Source: Isurus oxyrinchus (taxonomy: Eukaryota). From it: a stretch of DNA of 64,000 nucleotides. The stretch spans positions 71,982,001 to 72,046,000 of the forward strand of contig JANJGN010000011.1 of the NCBI GenBank assembly GCA_026770705.1. The letters run 5' to 3'. A program made the position numbers and the translations under genes. Below are positions 24,176 to 35,931 of this stretch, one piece after another. Each line of letters opens with the position of its first letter. The first letter of the stretch is position 1. Below the pieces are notes generated by a model. That model saw nothing but the letters and a program-made list of their open reading frames with translations, was not told the origin of the DNA and did not search any database.

Positions 24176-27100
24176 AAAGGTAATAGAAAAATGAGGTGAA
24201 ATATAAGCTGGTAGAGGGGGGTGGGACAGATAAAACTGGATAGGGGGCCAGTGATAGGTGGAAGCAAAGAGAGATTGCCAAAGATGTCATAGACAAAAGG
24301 ACAAAGGGCTGTTGACGGTGGTGATATTATCTAAGGAATGTGCTAATGGGGACATTAATGGTAACAAGCAGGACAAGCTAGTGGGGGTGGGGTGGGAGGA
24401 AGGGATTGAAATGGGCTAAAAGGTGGAGATAAAACAATAGATCAAAATAAATTTAAAAATTGGTGGGAAAAGAAAAATATATTTTTTTTTTAAATGATAA
24501 ATTATTGGAAAAAGGGGGATCAGAAAGGGGGTGGGGATGAAGGAGTGAATTCATGATCTGAAGTTGTTGAACTCAATATTAAGTCCGAAAGGCTGTAAAG
24601 TGCCTAGTTGGAAGATGAGGTGCTGTTCCTCCAGTTTGCGTTGAGTTTCACTGGAACATTGCAGCAGGCCAAGGATGAACATGTGGGTATGAGAGCAAGG
24701 TGGTGTGTTGAAATGGCAAGTGACAGGGAGGTCTGGATCATGCTTGAGGACAGACCGAAGGTGTTCCTCAAAGTGGTCACCCAGTCTGCGTTTGGTCTCT
24801 CCAACGTAGAGGAGACCGCATTGGGAGCAGCGAATGCAGTAGACTAAATTGAGGGAAGGGGTCACTATCATGATTTTGGGAGGGAGAGGAAGGTGTGTGG
24901 GCGGATGCACGGGAGATGGGCCAGACACGGTTGAGGGCCCTGTCAACCACCGTGGGTGGAAAACCTTGGTTAAGGAAGAAGGAAGACATGTCAGAGGAAC
25001 TGTTTTGGCAAGTAGCATCATCAGATCAGATGCGACGGAGGCGTAGGAACTGAGAGAATGGGATGGAATCCTTACAGGAAGCAGGATGTGAGGAGCTGTA
25101 GTCAAGGTAGCTGTGGGAGTCGGTGGGCATTGGTGGACAGTCTATCACCAGAAATTGAGACTGAGAGGTCCAGGAAGGGAAGTGAAGTATCAGTGATGGA
25201 CCATGTGAAAATGATGGAGGGTTGGAAATAGGAAGAAAAATTAATAAATTTTTCCAGATCCAGTCGAGAGCACGAAGCGGCACCGAAGCAGTCATCGATG
25301 TACCGGAGAAACAGTTGTGGAAGGGGGCCTGAGTAGGACTGGAACAAGGAATGTTCCACATACCCCATAAAGAGACAGGAATAGCTGGGGCCCATGCGGG
25401 TACCCAAAGCCACACCTTTTATTTGGAGGAAGTGAGACGAGTTTAAGGAGAAATTGTTCGGTGAGAGAACAAGTTCAGCCAGATGGAGGAGAGTAGAGGT
25501 GGATGGGAATTGTTCAGGCCTCTGTTCGAGGAAGAAGTGGAGACCCCTCAGACCAACCTGAAAACAAAGTCAGGGTTGGACCTGAGAGAACGGAGTTCAG
25601 CAACTTCAGAGAGAGACAGGTTAGAGTGGGTGAGAGGAGCAGAGAAATTGAGACGACTGATGTCACGCCGACAGCTCTCAATGAAAAAATCAAGAGCAGG
25701 TAAGAATCCAAAGGGAGGGGTCCAGGTGGAGGGAGAATATTGGAGGCGGGTAAAAGTAGCCGTTGAACGGGGAGGGAACTCCTGCCCAAAGAAGTGAGCA
25801 TGGAGATGAAGGAGGTGGAAGAAGAGTTCAGCATCGTGCTGAGCCCGAAATTCATTGAGGTGAGGGTGTAAGGATATGAAACTGAGTTCTTTGCTGAGCA
25901 CTGAACATTCAGCATCAGAGAGGGGAAGGTCAGAGGGTGTGGTGAATACACGGCCAGGGCTGGGATTGGAAGACAGGATGGGGACAGAGGGACAGGCAGG
26001 GGTCGAGGGTCCTGGATGGGCGTTAGTGTTGATGAGTTGTTGGAGCTTGCATTTCTTTGCACCTGAAAGAAAGAGACAAAGTTTCTTGTTGAGGCGTCGG
26101 ATGAGATGAAGAATAAAATGAAACTGGGGGCAAGGACAGCTTAGAGATAAGGTGCGTTGGTGCTGCTGGAGGGAGAGGTCGAGTGTGTTCATATGGCGGC
26201 GCATGGCACTGAGTGTGGATCTCAGAATGCGACGAGAACAGCTGTCCCAGAACCATGATAGTGTCCCCCTTGTCCTCACTTATCACCCCACCAGCCTCTG
26301 AGTTCAAAGGATCATCCTCCGGCATTTCCGCCAACTCCAGCATGATGCCACCACCAAACACATCTTCCTTTCACCCTCCCCCGGCAGCTTTCCAAAGGGA
26401 TCGTTCCCTCCGGAACACCCTGGTCCACTCCTCCATCGCGCCCTACACATCAATCCCCTCCCACAGCACCTTCCCATGCAACTGCAGAAGGTGCAACACC
26501 TGCCCCTTTACTTCCCCCCTCTTCACCGCCCAAACACTCCTTTCAAGTGAAGCAGTGCATCACTTGCACTTCCCTCAATTTAGTCTACTGCATTCGCTGC
26601 TTCCAATGCGGTCTGCTCTACGTCTGGAGAAACCAAACGCAGACTGGGTGACTACTTTGTGGAACACCTTCGGTCTGTCCGCAAGCATGACCCAAACTTC
26701 CTTGTCACTTGCCGTTTCAACACACCACCCTGCCCTCATACCCACATGTCCGTCCTTGGCCTGCTGCAATGTTCCAGTGAAGTTCAACACAAACTGGAGG
26801 AACAGCACCTCATCTTCCTACTAGGCACTTTACAGCCTTGCAGACTTATTATTGAGTTTAACAATTTCAGATCATGAACTATCTCCTTCATCCCCACCCA
26901 CTTTCTGATCCCGCTTTTTCCAATAATTTATAATTTAAAAAAAAATATATTTTTCTTTTCCCATCTATTTTTAAATTTATTTTGATCTATTGTTTTATCT
27001 TCACCTTTTAGCCCATTTCGATCCCTTCCCCCCACCCCACCCCCACTCGGGCCATCTGCCACTATCTTGTCCTGCTTGTTACCATTAATGTCCCCATTAG

Positions 27101-27261
27101 CACATTCCTTAGATAATATCACCGCCGTCAACACCCCTTTGTCCTTTTGTCTATGACATCTTTGGCAATCTCTCTTTGCCTCCACCTATCACTGGCCCCC
27201 TATCCAGTTCTACCTGTCCCATCCCCCTCGACCAGCTTATATTTCATCTCATTTCTCTATT

Positions 27262-27298
27262 ACCTGATGAAGAGTCATAGGGGCTCGAAATATCAACT
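27262..27298 (+). ncRNA. Hammerhead ribozyme motif (core intact, flanking stems decayed)
   Basis: CTGATGA-AGAGTCATAGGGGCTC-GAAA-TATC-AACT. Confidence 0.55.
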
Positions 27299-27770
27299 GT
27301 ATTCCTCTCCACAGATGTTGTCAGACCTGCTGAGTTTTTTCAGGTATTTTTGTTTTTGTTTCAGGGAGATGCACTTGCCTGCCGATGGGAAGAAGAAGTC
27401 TGCTACTGAGAACAAAAAGGCATGGTGAGCAGGAGGACTGTGGTCCTATGTTCATGGTTACAGTGCTGGAAGTGGTTTAATGAGCTAAACACAGCAGGAA
27501 AGTTGGGTACAATGGCACATTCAGCTACTTCCAGGCCTGTATGTAACAAGACCTAGACAAAATTTATGCATGGCCTGATAAGCGACAGGTAAAATTTATG
27601 CCACACAAATGCCAGGCAATGACTATCTCAACAACCGAAGATCTGATCGATGACATGCAATAGCATTATTATATAAAAACAAAAAAACTGCGGATGCTGG
27701 AAATCCAAAACAAAAACAGAATTACCTGGAAAAACTCAGCAGGTCTGGCAGCATCGGCGGAGAAGAAAAG

Positions 27771-27809
27771 AGTTGACGTTTTGAGTCCTCATGACCCTTC
27801 AACAGAACT
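27771..27809 (-). ncRNA. Decayed minimal hammerhead ribozyme motif
   Basis: AGTT-CTGTTGA-AGGGTCATGAGGACTC-AAAAC-GTC-AACT: stem I AGTT/AACT, stem II, palindromic ACGT stem III, GUC site. Two core substitutions. Confidence 0.6.
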
Positions 27810-27853
27810 TGAGTTCGAGTCCAAGAAAAAGTTGAAATATAAGCTGGTTTAAG

Positions 27854-27935
27854 GTGTGTGTGTGGGGGGGCGGAGAGAGAGAGAGAGAGAGGTGTGTGTG
27901 TGGGGGGCGGAGAGAGAGAGAGAGAGAGAGGTGGA
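27854..27935. repeat. Duplicated compound microsatellite (TG)n-Gn-CG-(GA)n
   Basis: Two adjacent copies of GGTGTGTGTGTGGGGGG(G)CGGAGAGAGAG... inside the Penelope 3' region. Confidence 0.9.
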
Positions 27936-30129
27936 GGGGGGGTGTGGTTGTAGGGACAAACAAGCAGTGATAGAAGCAGATCATCAAAAGATGTCAACAA
28001 CAATAGAACAAAAGAACACATAGGTGTTAAAGTTGGTGATAATATCTAAACGAATGTGCTAATTAAGAATGGATGGTAGGGCACTCAAGGTATAGCTCTA
28101 GTGGGGGTGGGGAGAGCATAAAAGATTTTAAAATATTTAATAATAATGGAAATAGGTGGGAAAAGAAAAATCTAAATAATTTATTGGAAAAAAAAGGAAG
28201 GGGGAAACAGAAAGGGGGTGGGGATGGGGGAGGGAGCTCACGACCTAAAGTTGTTGAATTCAATATTCAGTCCAGAAGGCTGTAAAGTGCCTAGTCGGAA
28301 GATGAGGTGTTGTTCCTCCAGTTTGTGTTGGGCTTCACTGGAGCAATGCAGCAAGCCAAGGACAGACATGTGGGCAAGAGAGCAGGGTGGAGTGTTAAAA
28401 TGGCAAGCAACAGGGAGGTTTGGGTCATTCTTGCGGACAGACCGCAGGTGTCCTGCAAAGCGGTCGCCCAGTTTACGTTTGGTCTCTCCAATGTAGAGGA
28501 GACCACATTGGGAGCAACGAATGCAGTAGACTAAGTTGGGGGAAATGCAAGTGAAATGCTGCTTCACTTGAAAGGAGTGTTTGGGCCCTTGGACGGTGAG
28601 GAGAGAGGAAATGAAGGGGCAAGTGTTGCATCTTTTGCGTGGGCATGGGGTGGTGCCATAGGAGGGGGTTGAGGAGTAGGGGGTGATGGAGGAGTGGACC
28701 AGGGTGTCCCGGAGGGAGCGATCCCTACGGAATGCCGATAGGGGGGGTGAAGGGAAGATGTGTTTGGTGGTGGCATCATGCTGGAGTTGGTGGAAATGGC
28801 GGAGGATGATCCTTTGAATGCAGAGGCTGGTGGGGTGATAAGTGAGGACAAGGGGGACCCTATCATGTTTCTGGGAGGGAGGAGAAGGTGTGAGGGCGGA
28901 TGCGTGGGAGATGGGCTAGACACGGTTGAGGGCCCTGTCAACGACCGTGGGTGGAAAACCTTGGTTAAGGAAGAAGGAGGACATGTCAGAGGAACTGTTG
29001 TTAAAGGTAGCATCATCGGAACAGATGCGACGGAGGCGAAGGAACTGAGAGAATGGGATGGAGTCCTTACAGGAAGCGGGGTGTGAGGAGCTGTAGTCGA
29101 GGTAGCTGTGGGAGTCAGTGGGTTTGTAATGAATATTGGTGGATAGTCTATCACCAGAGATTGAGGCAGAGAGGTCAAGGAAGGGAAGGGAAGTGTCAGA
29201 GATGGACCACGTGAAAATGATGGAGGGGTGGAGATTGGAAGCAAAATTAATAAATTTTTCCAAGTCCTGACAAGAGCATGAAGCGGCACCGAAGTAATCA
29301 TCGATGTACCGGAGAAAGAGTTGTGGAAGGGGGCCGGAGTAGGACTGGAACAAGGAATGTTCCACATACCCCATAAAGAGACAGGCATAGCTGGGGCCCA
29401 TGCGGGTACCCATAGCCACAACTTTTATTTGGAGGAAGTGAGAGGAGTTGAAGGAGAAATTGTTCAGCATGAGAACAAGTTCAGCCAGACGGAGGAGAGT
29501 AGTGGTGGATGGGGATTGTTCGGGCCTCTGTTCAAGGAAGAAGCTAAGGGCCCTCAGACCATCCTGGTGGGGGATGGAGGTGTAGAGGGATTGGACGTCC
29601 ATGGTGAAGAGGAAGCGGTTGCGGCCAGGGAACTGGAAATTGATGATGTGACGTAAGGTGTCAGAGAAATCACGGATGTAGGTGGGAAGGGACTGGACAA
29701 GGGGAGAGAGAAAGGAGTCAAGATAACGAGAAATGAGTTCATTATTATAGTTGAACTCCTGACCACCAAAAGCCTGAGGGGTCACCATTGACAAGAAATT
29801 TAACTGGACCATTCATATAAATACTGTGCCTGCAACAGCAGGTCAAAGGTTGGGAATTCTCTGTGAGCAGTTCACCTCCTGATTCCCTATCTCCCTTTCC
29901 ACTATCTATAAGGCACAGGTCAGGAATATGATGCAATACTCCCAACTTGCCTGGATGAGAGCAGCTCCAATAAGACTTGGCACCATCCAAGACAAAGCAG
30001 CCTGTTTGATTCATGTTTAATTTGGTTGGCTATAATTTATGTTAAAGTAAAAGCTACAAAAAGTGGAATCTTGTTGATAATTTCTTCACCTGAGCGTCAT
30101 TCAATAAATTTGGTTATTTTGGTTTACAG

Positions 30130-30770
30130 CTCCTCCACCAAAATCGTAACACGAGGGACAGGAATAGATTCAGTAACAAGGAATCGGGTTTGGACTGGTG
30201 ACTGAAAACAATGACTTCAGTATTTCCAATTTTTAATTGGGGGAAGCTTATGCTTGTCCAATGCAAGATGTGCGATAAGCAGTCTGATAATTTAGCAACA
30301 GTGCTGAGGTAGAATTGTGGGTTGTCAGCGTACGCTATGCTTTTGAATGATGCGGCTGGGGGTAATGTATAGGTAAGAAGTAGGAAGCTGGCCAAGGATA
30401 GATCCTTGGGGAATACCAGAGGGAACGGTGCAGGATCAGGAAGAGAATCCACTGCAAATGATACTCTGAATACAAATAGATAGATAAGAATAAAACCAGA
30501 TGAGAGCAGTCCTTCCTAAATGGACAACTTTGCAGAGGATGGTGTGGTTAACCATGTCAAAAGATGCAGAATGTCGAGGAGAATGAGGATGGAAAGTTTA
30601 CCTTTCTCACAGATATGTGTCGCTGTGACTTTGATGACAGCTGTTTTGGTAAAGTGGCAGTGGCAGAAACCTGATGGGAGAGATTCAAACATGCAGTTCA
30701 GGGAAAGATGGGCATGCATTCCGGAGAGGATAACATATTCAAGGAATTTGACCAAGCTTTTGGCTATGTG
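30130..30770 (-). mobile_element. L2-type LINE RT fragment
   Basis: SGFCHCHFTKTAVIKVT...KGKLSILILLD, AYADNPQFYLS and QLKIGNTEVIVF are L2-like RT motifs. Confidence 0.75.
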
Positions 30771-31129
30771 CCTACTATCGCCTTAAGTGGTTCAATGTTT
30801 AATTTTGCTTTATAATGCTCCTGTGAAACACTTTGGGACATTTTATTAAATTAACAGCACCAAATAAACCTAAGTTGTTGATGTTATTGTGGTTGCTACC
30901 AGGTAATCACTCACTAACTTGCAATATTCTGCTCCCTTGTTCCAAATCTAAATGTACAGTAATGGAATGAGAGCCTTTTCCTATTTATATATGCCGTGGG
31001 GTCATTGCCATGATAACTGATGGCTGCATACTGCTTTCAATGAGGCTTTGTGCTTTTAGAAAGTCTGCTGCCTGGTAGAAGTGCTGCTCCCTTGTGTTCT
31101 GGTGCCTCCTTTGCAATGGGAAAGTAGTA

Positions 31130-31625
31130 GGATATCAATTCATCTGTTTTGCTGTGAATGCCACACTTATTCAGATACAGAGCCTTTAGTTCTGGATTTT
31201 TAATATTTTTGTAACCTCTTGCCTTATCTGCTGATGGATTCTTAGGTTTGTACACTCTGTCCCTCCCTGTTGTGTTCTGATCATAATTTGCCTTATTCCT
31301 ACTTTGCTCTCTTGCCTTGTCTTCTCTATTTAATTTATCACATCTTCCCAAACTTGATTCCTTGCCCTCACTATTTAGTTTAAAACTCTCTCTACTGCCC
31401 TAGTTATGCAACTCACCAGATCACTTGTCCCAGCATGGTTCAGGTGAAGACTGTCCCAATCTACGGCTCCCACTTTCCCTAGTACTGGTGCCATTGCCTC
31501 ATGAATTGAAACCCATTTCTCCCACGCCAATCTTTGAGCCATGCATTAACTCTCTGATCTGATTTACTCTGCCAATTTGCTTGTGGTTCATGTAGTAATC
31601 CAAAGGTTATTAACTTTGAGGTTCT
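31130..31625 (-). mobile_element. CR1 fragment spanning the ORF1/ORF2 junction
   Basis: ELKALYLNKCGIHSKTDELI (APE start). Upstream sequence resembles 56300-56520. Confidence 0.65.
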
Positions 31626-33524
31626 GCTATGATTGTCAATAGTGGGAAGGATTCATTTTTGTAAAAAAATGTACATTGTGGTGACCTTCACAGTCAGACA
31701 GGCAGGGTTGTTCCTGCAGATCTTACTGAAGTTGAAAAAGTCATAGCTCTGTGACAACCCCTCTTACAAACTGTAGATGGCAAAGGTAGGCCTTTTCAAA
31801 CATCCCAAATAGGTCTCCATAAGTCTAAGAACTCATATCATGGGATGGGGCCTTGAGTGAGATGCATCTACCTTTGTTCCCTCTGGATAAGTTCCTCTTC
31901 TTCCTGCAAGTGCATCACTGCCATTCGGATATCAATGGAATTTCCATGCTAAATGCTGTGTTTGCAGCTAATTAAAAAATAGTTACCAAAATAGCCTTGC
32001 AGTACAAAAACAAAGCAGCAGATATGATAATAGAGATAAAATTTTTCAACAAGCACAAAAAAAACTTAAAATGCTAAACTAAACTATGAACCACGCCTTT
32101 AATAATTAAACTTCTAAAAGGCAGAACAGCAAATCCCAACTGTGGCTTTTTTAAACAGATGAGCAGTACTGTGAAAGAATGAACTGGTGAAAAGGTTCCT
32201 TCCTTCCTCCCTCCTCACTCCCTCCCTCCCTTCCTTCCTGCCAACAATTATCATAAATTGAAGCCATCATGACTGGTGAATAAAAGCATATTTTTACCCC
32301 TAAAAACCTCTATTGCTGGTCATTCATCACTTGGAGACTAGGGGAAAGTAACCTTTGGCATTTATTAAAATATACTTGATTCATAAAAATTGTAAAAGTA
32401 CATTACATGACAGGTCGAATTTCATTTTACATTAAGCGCTATACAGATCATTTCTTTCAATACAGTACGAGATGTTTCACTATACTTGCCGTTTTACAGA
32501 TTATATTTACAATGTACATTTACATTCCATGTCAAGCATTCTGTGATGTGAAGCCCAAGGGATTAGGTAGACATATAGGCACATCCATAATACCCTGTAC
32601 TTTGGAGAATCCTGCAGGGAAACTATTCCTAAAGTTGTTCGCTGGAACTCCCTCCTAGATGTGCCTGGACCTGTAGCAATGAAAATCCAATTGTATAAAT
32701 TCCAAAAATTATCAAGGAACCATTAGTTCAAATTTCAGAAATTTCCTCAAAGCCTAGAATGTGCTTGCCTCCATTGACAATTTCATATGGACAAGCTTAA
32801 AACACAGCACATCCCTTGTGGGAGGATTGGAGAATTACACACAGACTTGTTAAAGCATTACCATAGATTTCAATATGAAAATACAATTTTCACTTCATTC
32901 TTTGCATTAAGATTATGTGCTGTACCAATTTGAGTGGGGATCCAGCAAATAGGAGTCTTGCTTAATTTCCCAGCATAGAAGGAAGTGCTCTAAACTAGTG
33001 GAACCAAGCCTGCCAGGCAAAAATATCAGGCTGTGGCTTGTGATAATAATAGCCTAACAACTGCCACAATGCTCAGTGTGACCTGCCATTAGATAAATAA
33101 TATATCCATTGAGCCCCATGTGTACATTTATGGTTATTTTGATTCTGTTGATATAGCTGTGCTGATGTGGGAGAAATTTAAACTGAACTTGAGAAAAAGC
33201 TTGATAACATGCAGTTTTAAAATATTAACTGGGATAATTTGGGGATAGGGAAGAGCATAGAACAATGACCCAGTCCAAACACCTAAACAAATCTTGGGGA
33301 TGAGAGCACTTTGAACAACAAAAACTTATTTAACAGCTAGTTATTCAAAACCTCCTCAAAAATGTGTGAATGTAATTTTCACATATAATGTTGTAAATAC
33401 TAGGTTTCTTGTCATTTTCGTCACAGATGATCAGGATCTGAGCATCTGCAATGCAGCAATGGTATCTCCATTGCTGTGGTATAGCAAATTTACTGAAACA
33501 ATAAATTACATGAACAACTGACAC

Positions 33525-33975
33525 TGAAGGAGAAAAACCTGCATTTATATAGTACCTTTCACAACATCCCAAAGCACTTTACAGCTAATGAGATACTTTC
33601 AAAGTGTAGTCACCATTGTAATGTTGGAAACAACAAATTTTTGCACAGCAACTTCCCACAAAAGCAACATGATAGTGACCAGATAACATGTTTTTTTTTA
33701 GTGATTTTAATTGAGGAATAAATATTGGCCAGGACACTGGGGATAAACTCCCCTGCTTTTCTACAACATAGTGAAATGGGATCTTGTATGTCCACCTGAG
33801 ACAACAGATATTATTTAACATCTGATCCAAAAGATGGCACCTCCAACAGTGTAGCACTCCTTCAGTACTATATTATAATGTCAGCCTTGATTTTTGTGCT
33901 CACGCCCTGGCATACAGCTTGAATTCACAATCTCATGACTCAGAGGAAAGAATGCTATCAACTGAGCCACAGCTT
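33525..33975 (-). mobile_element. tRNA-derived Deu-core SINE (SacSINE1/AmnSINE-like) with L2-type tail
   Basis: Head GCTGTGGCTCAGTTGATAGC...GAATTCAAG; core GTACTGAAGGAGTGCTACACTGTTGGAGGTGCCATCTTTTGGATCAGATGTTAAA; tail AAAGTGCTTTGGGATG...GAAAGGTACTATATAAATGCAGG. Confidence 0.75.
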
Positions 33976-34134
33976 ATGTACAATACCAACCATTATAAGT
34001 TAAGTTAAAAGCTACTTTGCATTGCTTTATCCTTTCCAAAACTTCTTGTCTCTATTATTTATATCATAAAACCTTTACTTTATTCCTTTTGTTAACGTAA
34101 CTATAAAGTAGATTTTTCCTCCCCACCTTACCTC

Positions 34135-34596
34135 TGAAATGGGATAATTGAAATGATTTCATATTAAAATTGATATAAAAACGTGCATTAATAAGTTTTA
34201 GAATAGACAATTTAACAGCTTTACAATAGACAAATGTAGTGAGATCTCTTTTGAGGCATGATGGGACATTTAGACAATACTATAGGCATAATGGGATATG
34301 TAACTAGCACCGTGGGAGCCTAGCTTAATGGCCTTCACCGGATGGGCAAACAAATGTTCAGGCGATAAGAGCATAGACAAGGAGGCGATAGATCCAGACG
34401 TTAACAGCCTCCCAGCCTGAACAATCATTGGGTTTTGTGATGTATGTAACTGAAGGTTGTAACTAAAAATGTTACACAGCCTTGGTATCAGGGTCACCCT
34501 TTAGAATCAGGCTATGTTTCTCCCAGCATATGCTTGTAATAAAGTTCTTCATTACTTGAAGCTCACAGACTTGAGAGTATTTTTATTACCAGAACA
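34135..34596 (+). repeat. 5' LTR
   Basis: TGAAATGGGATAA...TTACCAGAACA. AATAAA at 34538-34543. Aligns end to end with 39084-39576. Confidence 0.92.
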
Positions 34597-34598
34597 AT

Positions 34599-34616
34599 TG
34601 GCATAATTGGCAGGTT
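34599..34616 (+). promoter_or_regulatory. Primer binding site, decayed tRNA-Ser type
   Basis: TGGCATAATTGGCAGGTT versus the complement of the vertebrate tRNA-Ser 3' end, TGGCGTAGTCGGCAGGAT (14 of 18; two differences are CpG-type). Lies 2 nt after the LTR. Confidence 0.7.
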
Positions 34617-35931
34617 CCTTGCAATATTGGTCGCTGGCACCAGATTGAATGTTGTCAGTAGAGGATGGGTGAATATGTTCATTTACCACCCATTAGATAG
34701 GGTGGTCGCCATTCAAGATGGGAAGCCAGTGGTCTGGTTTTAGAATTCAAACCAGAGTATGGGTCTGTGAGTGGAGTAGCTGAGGACAGTGTGGCACCAA
34801 ATAACTAACGGCCGTGCGGTAAAGTGGTACAGGCTGTTTCCTAGTGAGAGCTCTGAGTATCCCAAGTAAATGGAATAGACTGTTTCCTAATGTCTGGTAC
34901 AGTAAGAGAACCGTGAAAACAGGAAGGTTCCATTTCCTAGTGAGGAAAAATAGTTGTAGTCAGACTATAGACGTAATATCAGCCACAGCAGGCAAAAATT
35001 TAGATTAGGGTCTCGAAAAGTCCCCAACAGGATTTTTGGCAAATAACCTAAAAAAGTGAAATTTTTAAAAAATTGATGTAAGTTACTAAAGCTTTTTGTG
35101 CTGGGGAGAGAAAGAGATAGAGAGAGGTACCCCTGGATGGCAGTGGGGTGGGGAGGGAGGTGGGGTGGATGGTGGGGGATGTATGTGGGGGGGTGTGGAG
35201 GGAGATGATGTTAAAGAGCAGTGACATTCAGAGGCTCATTTTGATTGTCCCTGTAGAGGGAAGTCTCAAAGATCCCTTTTCCCCCACCATTGCTACTTGA
35301 AGTTTTGTTTAGAGTATGAATGTTTTAAGTGTTCAAATTAATGTTAGGAAAATGGAAATATATATATCTTTATATATGTGTGTGTTTGTGTGCAATGAAG
35401 AATTTGTGTGTGAGCTTTACTGTGGTTTCTTCCCTAAATTGTAAATTAGAGTTTTAGCACTTTGAGTTAAAAAAAAACTCACAATGAGGATTGTTAGTCG
35501 GGTTAAAGGAAAGCAAAGCAATGCTTTAAATTATAAAATTCAAGTTGAGATTTCCAGCCAAAAATCACAATTTGAATATATTCTAAAAAGATACAGCAGG
35601 TTTCAGACTAGCAGGGAGTTAAGTCTTTCCACCAGCAGCTTCAACTTTCAGGCTGCTGAATTAATCCATTCCATCTCAAGTAGAATGGACCCTTGTGCTT
35701 TTATTTAGAAATAACTGCAAATGCAATAACATTTCTAGCAGCTTGAAGAATCTAAGAAGTTATCTGCAGATTTTCAATGTGGCATAGACATAGGTTAGAG
35801 GCTTTACCTTTAAATAAAATGACTTAACCCATTCAGGCTAATTGTTATCTTCTGCTTGGGAACAGGAGATCTGTCAGCAGAGAAGCAACCAGCAGCTCGA
35901 TTAACTATTTTGTTTCAGATAAATCAGAGCA

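Larger units (their letters stand above)
24041..27361. mobile_element. Penelope-like retroelement insertion with inverted arms: minus-strand body 24041-~26245 and plus-strand arm ~26245-27361
   Basis: TSD CAGGGAGAT(A/G)CACTT at 24026-24040 and 27362-27376. RT GTRMGPSYSCLFMGYVE...LRYIDD. GIY-YIG NLVYCIRCSQCGLLYVGETKR...LNIEF present on both arms. Confidence 0.9.
27674..29739 (-). mobile_element. 5'-truncated Penelope-like retroelement; RT + Cys-rich linker + GIY-YIG in one frame with a single stop
   Basis: TSD CATTATTATA at 27664-27673 and 29740-29749. Motifs FTMDVQSLYTSIPH, MGTRMGPSYACLFMG, LRYIDDYF; TAG at 28916-28918; then CPRKRCNTCPF and NLVYCIRCSQCGLLYIGETKR...GLNIEF in the same frame. 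Confidence 0.95.
27530..30010 (+). mobile_element. Old LINE fragment (tRNA-headed family) split by a Penelope insertion
   Basis: QDLDKIYAWPDKRQVKFMPHKCQAMTIS before 27663, resuming at ~29750 (GVTIDKKFNWT). Homologous to the LINE RT C-terminus. Confidence 0.75.
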
